Origin: Planctomycetota bacterium
GTDB lineage: Bacteria; Planctomycetota; MHYJ01; JACPRB01
DNA length: 24,510 nucleotides
NCBI GenBank assembly: GCA_035490275.1
Contig: DATHFI010000186.1
Location: forward strand, 1 to 24,510
Direction: 5' to 3'
How positions within the stretch are numbered: position 1 is the stretch's first letter; each line of letters starts with the position of its first letter. The notes under the pieces were generated by a model that saw nothing but the letters and a program-made list of their open reading frames with translations, did not search any database and was not told the DNA's origin. Made by a program: the position numbers and the translations under genes. Below, piece by piece: positions 1 through 5,985 of this stretch.

Positions 1-769
1 GAGCCCCTTCCGCGTCCTGATCGCGCTGCTCCTCCTCGCGCCCCTTCCACCCCAGGAGGGCGACGACACGGGAGTGGTCTCGGAAGACCTGAAGGCGGGC
101 GGCGACGCGAACAAGCGGTATTTTCTCATCGCCCCGCAGAAGAAGGGGGCCAAGCCGCCCAAGGCCGGGTACAAGCTCGCCGTCGTCCTTCCGGGCGGCG
201 ATGGGGGCGCGGGAACCCACACGTTCGTCAAGCGGATCTGGAAGGAGGCGCTCTCCGGGGACTACCTCCTCGTCCAGCCCGTCGCCGTCGAATGGAAGCC
301 CGGGCAGTTCGAAAAGCTGGTGTGGCCCACCAAGAAGAGCCCCGCGGAGGGGATGAAGTTCACGACCGAGGAATTCGTCGAGGCGGTCGTCAAGGAGACG
401 GCGAAGAAGTACAAGCTCGACCCGCGCTGCGTCTTCACGCTCTCGTGGTCATCAGGCGGCCCCCCGGCCTACACCCTTTCCCTCCAGGAGAATCGGATCG
501 TCACCGGATCGTTTGTTTCGATGTCCGTTTTCTACGAGTCGCAGCTGCCTCCGCTCAAGAACGCAAAGGGGTACGCCTATTACCTGCATCACTCGCCCGA
601 GGACACAATCTGCAAGATCGAGCTCGCCCGGGAGGCCCAGAAGCAGTTGAAGGCCATGGGCGCCAAGGTCGAATTCGCGGAGTACAAGGGAGGCCACGGC
701 TGGCACGGCGACGTGTACCCCCAGATCCACGCGGGTTTCCAGTGGCTTGAAAAGTCCACGGCGCGTTGA
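1..769 (+). CDS. Secreted alpha/beta-hydrolase (phospholipase/carboxylesterase-like), start codon just outside the window
   Basis: The frame of ORF 74..769 is open back to base 2 (SPFRVLIALLLLAPLPPQEGDD, signal-peptide-like). Motifs: LAVVLPGG oxyanion region, nucleophile elbow SWSSGG, acid HSPED, His in GGHGW. Confidence 0.75.
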   Translation, partial: SPFRVLIALLLLAPLPPQEGDDTGVVSEDLKAGGDANKRYFLIAPQKKGAKPPKAGYKLAVVLPGGDGGAGTHTFVKRIWKEALSGDYLLVQPVAVEWKPGQFEKLVWPTKKSPAEGMKFTTEEFVEAVVKETAKKYKLDPRCVFTLSWSSGGPPAYTLSLQENRIVTGSFVSMSVFYESQLPPLKNAKGYAYYLHHSPEDTICKIELAREAQKQLKAMGAKVEFAEYKGGHGWHGDVYPQIHAGFQWLEKSTAR

Positions 770-809
770 ACCCCGCACTCCCGAATCGGCCCCCGGAAGC
801 CCTTTCGTG

Positions 810-818
810 TGCTATAAT
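810..818 (+). promoter_or_regulatory. Extended -10 promoter element (TGcTATAAT)
   Basis: Perfect TGn-TATAAT at 810-818, ending 26 nt upstream of the TTG at 845, in an AT-richer intergenic gap. Confidence 0.6.
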
Positions 819-844
819 CAGGTAAATTCGGTTGGGCCAAATAG

Positions 845-1600
845 TTGCCTAAAAAGCTGAAAGAGACGTATCCCCGCCTCGGCGAAATCCTCGTGCGCAA
901 GGGCGTGGCCAAGCCACAGCACATCGACGAGGCCCTCGCCATGCAGCGGCACCAGATCAACGAGGGCGGCAGCGCCACCCGCTTGGGCGACATCCTCGTC
1001 AAACGCAACATCTTAAGCCCCATAGTGATCCGTGAGATCCTTGAGGAGCAGCGGATCGGCCGGGGGGAGAAGCGGGTCCTCACGATCGGCCTTCGGGACA
1101 ACGGCGACGTCGCCGTTCTGGAGCTGGCCGGCCGGCTCGATGAAACGAAGCTGGACACCGTGACGCGCGTCTTCGAGCGGCTCATGAACCGCGGTTTCTG
1201 CAAGGTCCTCGTCGACTGCCGCCAGCTTGTCTACCTCGACAGCCATGGCGTTTCCGCCTTCGTGGCCTATATCGACGAGGCGCGCGCCCGCGGAGGCGAC
1301 GTCAAGTTCTGCGGACTCAATCCCGACGCCCAGTTCACGCTCGACCGCCTGGGACTCAACCCCTACCTCCAGACCTTCACGGTGGAAGAGGAGGCGGTCC
1401 GGGCCTTCGAGCTCCCCATCGACGAGTACATGTCGCGCGGTGCTCTCGGCGAATACGTCTCCATCGGCGTCCAGAAGACCTTTCACCTCTCGTACTGCCC
1501 GGCCCTCGAGGGCACCGACGACGAGGAGAGGGCCTACTACGAGAGCAAGAAGCACGCGCGCGATGCCGGCAAGGTCGCGTGCCGCAAGTGCCGGCCCTAA
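845..1600 (+). CDS. MshEN (c-di-GMP-binding motif pair) + STAS anti-sigma-factor antagonist + Ada-type Zn-binding domain fusion
   Basis: RLGEILVRKGVAKPQHIDEALAMQ and RLGDILVKRNILSPIVIREILEEQ are two 24-aa MshEN motifs. VAVLELAGRLD...VLVDCRQLVYLDSHG...LGL is a SpoIIAA/RsbV-type STAS with the phosphoacceptor Ser. FHLSYC...YYESKKHARDAGKVACRKCRP is Ada_Zn-like. TTG start. Confidence 0.8.
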   Translation: MPKKLKETYPRLGEILVRKGVAKPQHIDEALAMQRHQINEGGSATRLGDILVKRNILSPIVIREILEEQRIGRGEKRVLTIGLRDNGDVAVLELAGRLDETKLDTVTRVFERLMNRGFCKVLVDCRQLVYLDSHGVSAFVAYIDEARARGGDVKFCGLNPDAQFTLDRLGLNPYLQTFTVEEEAVRAFELPIDEYMSRGALGEYVSIGVQKTFHLSYCPALEGTDDEERAYYESKKHARDAGKVACRKCRP

Positions 1601-1611
1601 TGGGCGGTGTG

Positions 1612-1768
1612 TCAGTTTCCAGATTCCAGATCCCGGTTTTCGGAAGTTTCCAGCTTCCAGCGCCGTAGCCGGGATTCATACGGATTGCACTTGGATGCGC
1701 TCTTCGCCTCCGGCTTGCGACTCGAAACTTCAGGGACTGGAATCTGGGATCAGGAATCTGGTAACTGA
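1612..1768. repeat. 157-bp element with 23-bp imperfect terminal inverted repeats built from CCAGATT-type heptamers
   Basis: Left arm 1612-1634 TCAGTTTCCAGATTCCAGATCCC versus the reverse complement of 1746-1768 TCAGTTACCAGATTCCTGATCCC (21/23 identical). Confidence 0.8.
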
Positions 1769-1787
1769 GCCACCACCCCCTAATAGC

Positions 1788-2282
1788 ATGAGGTCCCTGG
1801 CGCTCCTCGCGGTTCTCCTGTCGGTCGCCTCCTGCCAGACCCCCTCCGCGCCCGTCGGCGGCTCTTCAGCGCCACTCGCGATGACGCTCCGTTATTCCGT
1901 CAAGAAGTCGGCTCCCGGCGCGGCCGCGGCGGCCACCCCGGCGCACTTTGTCGTCGAGGCCTCGCTCCTCTCGAAAGGAGCCGCGCCTCAAACCCAGACC
2001 CTGGTCATCTACGATTCTAAGTGGGCCACCATGAAGGTCGGCGAGGTGCTCCAAGCGGTGAAGGACATAGAGCCCACTCCGGATGGCGAGGATGCCGTGC
2101 CGGTGGAAGTCGACATTTTCACGGGCACCCTGTTCGCATTCCGGTGCCGCGAGGCGAAGGATGGCAGGATCGAAACCAACGTCAGGGTCTATGAGGTCAG
2201 GGACGGCCGCCTGCGGGGCCGCTTCTCTTCCAACGACACCCTGGGCAGCGGCGAATCCAAGGAACTTCCCCTCATGCCTTGA
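1788..2282 (+). CDS. Lipoprotein, 164 aa, with weak resemblance to part of the secretin beta-domain
   Basis: ATG at 1788 within ORF 1227..2282. MRSLALLAVLLSVASC is a signal peptide II with lipobox VASC. The upstream part of the listed ORF is antisense-like or repeat-derived. Confidence 0.75.
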   Translation: MRSLALLAVLLSVASCQTPSAPVGGSSAPLAMTLRYSVKKSAPGAAAAATPAHFVVEASLLSKGAAPQTQTLVIYDSKWATMKVGEVLQAVKDIEPTPDGEDAVPVEVDIFTGTLFAFRCREAKDGRIETNVRVYEVRDGRLRGRFSSNDTLGSGESKELPLMP

Positions 2283-2354
2283 GAGACAGCACCTCCTTCC
2301 AAAGACTCTATAAGATCTTAAGACTAATCATCTCCGTCGTAAGAGTCTTTGAGT

Positions 2355-2409
2355 TGTGGATGGATTGTTGATAATCACAGTAACACACTCATTTTCAGAC
2401 ACTTACACA
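2355..2409. promoter_or_regulatory. Cluster of DnaA-box-like sites with IHF-like sites between them
   Basis: Against TTWTNCACA: rc CCATCCACA 2355-2363 (7/9), rc TTATCAACA 2366-2374 (8/9), ATAATCACA 2371-2379 (7/9), ACTTACACA 2401-2409 (7/9). Back-to-back WATCAAN4TTR-like sites at 2381-2393 (-) and 2393-2405 (+), 2 mismatches each. Confidence 0.6.
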
Positions 2410-2541
2410 AAACACCCATCGTTTAATCCTCTGTAAGATTTAGAGAAACACCCGAGAAAGGAGTGTTGGTCTTTTGGGGAGGATCCGGGGAGACTCGCGA
2501 GCGACCTCTTGGGATGTGAAGAGGGGGTAAACTTCCCGGAA

Positions 2542-2561
2542 AGTCCCACAGAACTTCCACA
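2542..2561 (+). promoter_or_regulatory. Tandem DnaA-box-like pair next to the dnaA stop
   Basis: AGTCCCACA 2542-2550 (6/9) and ACTTCCACA 2553-2561 (7/9), same orientation, 11-bp period. Confidence 0.5.
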
Positions 2562-2568
2562 GGCCGGT

Positions 2569-3945
2569 TTACAGTTCGGAGGCCCCCTTGAGGAGCCGGC
2601 GCAGGGAGTCGACCTCGCCCCGTAGAACCTCGTCGCTCTCCAGCCCGCGCTGGACGCGCTTCAACCCGTAGACGACCGTCGAGTGATCCTTCCCGCCGAA
2701 GAACGAGCCGATCTCGGCGAGCGAGTGGCTCGTCATCTCCTTGCACAGGAACATCGCGACCTGGCGCGCCTTCGAGATCGACTTGGTCCAGGTCCGCGTG
2801 CGGAGATCGGTGACCTTCTTGCCGTAGTACCGGGCGACGAACTCCTGGATCCGGGGGATGCCGATGGGCGGCGCCCCGCCCGATCCGATATCTTTCAGGG
2901 CTTCGTGCCCGAGGGCGAGATCGACGGTGCGCCCGGACAGGGTGGCGTACGCGATGAGCTTGTTCACCGCGCCCTCGAGTTCGCGGATGTTCGTGTCCAC
3001 CGCCGACGCGACGAAGGAGAGGACGTCCTCGGGAATCTCCCGCTGCTTCAGCTCCGCCTTCCGGCGCAGGATCGCCACCCGCATTTCGAACGTCGGGGGG
3101 TCGACGCGCGCCTCGAAGCCCGCGAGGAACCGCGAGACGAGCTGCTCCTTGAGCGTGCGGATCTCCTTCGGCCCGGAATCGCTCGAGAGGACGATCCTCC
3201 GCTGGGCCATGTGGAGCGCGTTGAACGTGTGGAAAAACTCCTCCTGGCTGGAGTCCTTGCCCGCGAGGAAGTGGACGTCGTCGATGACGAGCGCGTCGGC
3301 GCCCCGCATGCGGCGGCGGAAATCCTCGATGCGCCCCTTCTGGAGCGCGCCGATGTACTCGTTCACGAAATGCTCGCACGACATGTAAAGGATGCGCGCG
3401 TACGGATTGCGCGCGAGCACCGCGTGGCAGATCGCTTGGAGGAGATGGGTCTTGCCCAAGCCGACGCCGCCGTGGACGAAGAACGGGTTGTAGACGTTGC
3501 CGGCCCCCTCGGCGACCGAGAGCGCGGCCGCGTGGGCGACGCGGTTGGTCGGCCCGGCGACGAAGGTGTCGAACGTGTAATTCGGGTTCAGGACCAGGTC
3601 GCCGCTGGCCACCGGGGCGGGGGGCGGCGGGACGGCGCGGGCCGGGGGCCGGGGCGCGGGCGGGGGGGGTGCGAAGACCGCCATCGCCTCCGCGGAATCG
3701 CTGATGCGGAAGGCGAGCCCGGGCGCGCGGCCGAAGACCTGGCGGAACGCCTCCTCGAGCGGGCGGCGGATCTCGCGTTCGAGCCAGTCGCGGTAGAAGG
3801 CGTTCGGAACCGGGACCTCGAACGAATTCTCGGCGACCTCCTCGATCGCGAGGTTGCGGCACCACGTCTGGAAGATGGCCGGCGGCACCGCCTGCTCGAG
3901 GCGCGTGAGGATCGACTCGCGGGTCTCAGGGGCGAGGGCGGTCAT
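2569..3945 (-). CDS. dnaA: Chromosomal replication initiator protein DnaA (458 aa)
   Basis: Domain I (FQTW...VPNAFYRDWLE), LNPNYTFDTFV, Walker A GGVGLGKTHLL, Walker B LVIDDVH, LVSRF, RELEGA, domain IV SLAEIGSFFGGKDHSTV. Start placed at ATG 3945, which overlaps the FHA gene stop (ATGA). Confidence 0.97.
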   Translation of the reverse strand: MTALAPETRESILTRLEQAVPPAIFQTWCRNLAIEEVAENSFEVPVPNAFYRDWLEREIRRPLEEAFRQVFGRAPGLAFRISDSAEAMAVFAPPPPAPRPPARAVPPPPAPVASGDLVLNPNYTFDTFVAGPTNRVAHAAALSVAEGAGNVYNPFFVHGGVGLGKTHLLQAICHAVLARNPYARILYMSCEHFVNEYIGALQKGRIEDFRRRMRGADALVIDDVHFLAGKDSSQEEFFHTFNALHMAQRRIVLSSDSGPKEIRTLKEQLVSRFLAGFEARVDPPTFEMRVAILRRKAELKQREIPEDVLSFVASAVDTNIRELEGAVNKLIAYATLSGRTVDLALGHEALKDIGSGGAPPIGIPRIQEFVARYYGKKVTDLRTRTWTKSISKARQVAMFLCKEMTSHSLAEIGSFFGGKDHSTVVYGLKRVQRGLESDEVLRGEVDSLRRLLKGASEL

Positions 3946-4466
3946 TTGGGGATCGTCCGTTCGAAGGCCCAGAGGAAGGCGAGACGGGAGATCCACGCTC
4001 CGCCGGCGAAGACGGCGAGGAGGATGATCCAGAAGAAAATGCTCCGGGCCGCGCCCGGGCCTTGGATGATGATATTGGTGCGCTCGCGGGCCGGTCCCCG
4101 GCCCGGGCCCGCCTCGACCGGCGCCGCGGCGGCCTCGGAGGCCCGCGGGACGCGCAGCTCGGGGGCGAGGCCCCCGTCGTCGCGGTCCAGTTCGAAGGTG
4201 AAAACGGTGCGGCCGATGCGGATCCGGTCCCCCGGGTAGAGGACTTCGGGGGCCCCGACGGGCATTTCGTTCAGGAAGGTCCCGTTGCGGCTCTCGAGGT
4301 CGCGGATGACGTAGGCCCGCCCGTCGAAGGCGATGCCGGTGTTCTCGCGGGAGGCCTGGGTGTCGTCAATCATGACACCGCAGCCCTCGTGGCGGCCGAT
4401 GATGAGGGATCGGCCCACGGGATAGCTGCGGGGCGGTCCCCCTGACTCCAGGATGATTCGGGCCAC
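3942..4466 (-). CDS. FHA-domain protein with C-terminal transmembrane helix
   Basis: IIGR...ASRE...IRDLESRNGTFLN...GDRIRIG is the FHA signature. A Pro/Ala/Arg linker follows, then hydrophobic IFFWIILLAVFAGGAWI. GTG start preceded by GGAG. Confidence 0.9.
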   Translation of the reverse strand: MARIILESGGPPRSYPVGRSLIIGRHEGCGVMIDDTQASRENTGIAFDGRAYVIRDLESRNGTFLNEMPVGAPEVLYPGDRIRIGRTVFTFELDRDDGGLAPELRVPRASEAAAAPVEAGPGRGPARERTNIIIQGPGAARSIFFWIILLAVFAGGAWISRLAFLWAFERTIPK

Positions 4467-4530
4467 GCGGAAAGCTCCGATCCAAGGCGGGGTGGGGGGT
4501 AGGCAGGATGTCCGCGTCGGTCGAATCGTC

Positions 4531-4539
4531 TATGGAAAA
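4531..4539 (-). promoter_or_regulatory. DnaA-box-like site in the FHA-dnaA 5' leader
   Basis: rc TTTTCCATA is 8/9 to TTWTNCACA. A similar rc TTTTCCATG (7/9) lies at 4675-4683. Confidence 0.4.
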
Positions 4540-4627
4540 GTCTTTTGGACCGGTGCGCGCGCGGACGATGCTCCCGTATCTCTCCGTCCGACTCCCCCGA
4601 ACCCCGGCACCCTCTCCGTCCGGGGCC

Positions 4628-4655
4628 ATTCTAGTCGCGACCCGAATCGCGTCAA
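4628..4655 (-). promoter_or_regulatory. Sigma70-type promoter for the FHA-dnaA operon
   Basis: Minus strand TTGACG (4655-4650)-N16-TAGAAT (4633-4628), close to TTGACA-N17-TATAAT. Confidence 0.65.
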
Positions 4656-4677
4656 CCGTTTTTGTCGGGCGCTCCAT

Positions 4678-4705
4678 GGAAAATGCACGAGCGGTCCCGG
4701 TCTTA
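4678..4705 (+). promoter_or_regulatory. Candidate ECF (sigmaE/AlgU-like) promoter upstream of the ECF sigma gene
   Basis: GGAAAAT (4678-4684)-N16-TCTTA (4701-4705), compared with GGAACTT-N16-TCAAA/TCTGA. Spacing is correct but the match is only partial. Confidence 0.3.
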
Positions 4706-4879
4706 CATGAAGAATGGTCCGCCTTCGCGCGGACAGCATCGGAAATGGGCCGACGTTTTTCCGGGGCGGAAGCCCCGGCGACGCCGGGACTGGCGGGATC
4801 GGGCCCTCCCCCGTATTCTTTTCCTGCGCCATGGAACCAAGCTCGAAGCGCATCTGCGGCGGGGAGCTGGGAGCGGGCC

Positions 4880-4914
4880 GCTGACTGCTGAGCGCTGACT
4901 GCTGATCGCTGAAC
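4880..4914 (+). repeat. Tandem heptamer array (GCTGANN)x5
   Basis: GCTGACT GCTGAGC GCTGACT GCTGATC GCTGAAC, immediately before the GGAGG RBS of the sigma gene. Confidence 0.9.
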
Positions 4915-4930
4915 TAATGGAGGCCTTGGG

Positions 4931-5518
4931 TTGTCCCAATTCCCAGAACCCCGGGAGGCGCCCGACGCCGCCGCCGAGGAGGCCCTCGTCCGACGGGCCC
5001 AGGCCGGCGACCGCGACGCCTTCCGATCGCTCTATCAAAAGTACCAGGACCGCGTCTTCGCGACGGCGTACCGCATCGCGGGCGACCGCGAGACGGCCGC
5101 CGACCTGACCCAGGAGGTCTTCGTCAAGATCTTCGAGGAGCTCCCCGGGTTCCGGTTCGGCAGCCGGTTCTCCACGTGGCTCTACCGCGTCGCGGCGAAC
5201 CACGCCATCAACAAGGCTTCCGAGACGGCCCGGCACGCCCGGCTCAACGAGCGGATCGCGCGCGAGCGCCCCGCCGCGGCGCCGGCGGACCCGCCCTCCC
5301 GCGACCGGTTCGCGGGCGAGCGCCTCCAGGCCGCCCTCGCCGCGCTCAGCGTCAAGCTGCGCGCCGTCACGGTCCTGCGGTACCTCGAGGGATTGTCGTA
5401 CGAGGAAATCGCCGAGACCCTGGAGCTGTCCATCGGGACCGTGAAGTCCCGGCTCTTCCTGGCCCACGCGACGCTCCGGGAGCTGATGGACGACGATGTG
5501 AAGGAAGGTGACCGATGA
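4931..5518 (+). CDS. rpoE: ECF RNA polymerase sigma factor (sigma-70 family, RpoE-like)
   Basis: Region 2 (GDRDAFRSLY...DLTQEVFVKIF...FSTWLYRVAAN) and region 4 (LRYLEGLSYEEIAETLELSIGTVKSRLFLA). TTG start with GGAGG 7 nt upstream. Confidence 0.93.
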   Translation: MSQFPEPREAPDAAAEEALVRRAQAGDRDAFRSLYQKYQDRVFATAYRIAGDRETAADLTQEVFVKIFEELPGFRFGSRFSTWLYRVAANHAINKASETARHARLNERIARERPAAAPADPPSRDRFAGERLQAALAALSVKLRAVTVLRYLEGLSYEEIAETLELSIGTVKSRLFLAHATLRELMDDDVKEGDR

Positions 5519-5979
5519 ACGCGACCTGCGCGATTTTCCGCGAGTCGCTCCTCGACTATGTCGACGAGGCGCTTCACCCCGCCGTGCGCGAGGTGGCCCG
5601 AGCCCACGAGCGCTCCTGCGCGGACTGCGCCGGCCTCGTCCGGAGCGTCCGCGAACAACGCGCGCTCCTGTCGTCGCTCCCCCGCCCCGCCGCGCCCGGG
5701 AATCTCGGCGCGCGCATCGAACGCGCCCTCGCGAATTCCCGGCGCGCCGCCTTCCGGCCCCGGCGCTGGACGGCATGGGGGGCGGCCGCCGCGGCCGCGG
5801 TGCTCGTCGCGATCGGCCTCATGGCCGGCGCCTCACGGCTCCGCGCCCCCGAGCGCTCCATCACGGTGGTCGACGTGGAGCTTCCCGACCGCGGCACGCT
5901 CCTCGGCCGCTTCGCTCCGAGCTACGAAAATCCCTCGGCGAGCCTGCTTGACCCGCTCGTCTCCAGCGAGAATCCCTAG
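5515..5979 (+). CDS. Zinc-binding (ZAS/zf-HC2) transmembrane anti-sigma factor
   Basis: Hx3Cx2C motif HERSCADC, an N-terminal Cys, TM helix WTAWGAAAAAAVLVAIGLMAGA, and an ATGA overlap with the sigma gene. Confidence 0.88.
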   Translation: MNATCAIFRESLLDYVDEALHPAVREVARAHERSCADCAGLVRSVREQRALLSSLPRPAAPGNLGARIERALANSRRAAFRPRRWTAWGAAAAAAVLVAIGLMAGASRLRAPERSITVVDVELPDRGTLLGRFAPSYENPSASLLDPLVSSENP

Positions 5980-5985
5980 GGAATC

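Larger units (their letters stand above)
2283..2568. other. oriC: Probable chromosomal replication origin (oriC) downstream of dnaA
   Basis: 2301-2460 is about 37% GC by hand count (59/160), far below the GC-rich coding DNA around it. It contains several DnaA-box-like 9-mers, TAAGA/TCTTA repeats (DUE-like), and abuts the dnaA stop codon. Confidence 0.75.

Noticed and set aside
1227-1787. N-terminal extension of ORF 1227..2282
   Set aside because: It overlaps the STAS gene out of frame and runs through the repeat element. The lipoprotein signal begins at ATG 1788.
2324-2341. Period-3 run CTA ATC ATC TCC GTC GTA as DnaA-trios
   Set aside because: It is imperfect, and its strand orientation relative to the adjacent boxes (2355-2374) is opposite to the Bacillus subtilis arrangement. 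It cannot be supported without unwinding data.
3662-3669. G8 homopolymer in dnaA as a phase-variation tract
   Set aside because: It encodes a Pro run in the variable domain II linker of an essential gene. The frame is intact, and such runs are expected at this GC content.
2423-4239. Long ORFs 2423..3865 (-), 2683..4239 (+) and 2858..3388 (+) overlapping dnaA
   Set aside because: Alternative-frame or antisense shadows of a high-GC gene. They are Arg/Pro/Gly-rich with no motifs, and dnaA explains the region.
4756-4778. Hairpin with adjacent T5 as an intrinsic terminator
   Set aside because: The T-run is 5' of the stem on the + strand and reads as an A-run after the stem on the - strand, so neither orientation gives stem-then-U.
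4833-4856. GGAACC...TCTG as an autoregulatory ECF promoter
   Set aside because: The -35 looks good, but the distance to the TCTG/CATC -10 candidate is about 3 nt shorter than in sigmaE/SigW-type promoters.
4880-4914. Repeat arrays as a possible CRISPR or iteron array
   Set aside because: Units are 7 bp and contiguous, with no unique spacers. No cas or rep gene is present in the window.
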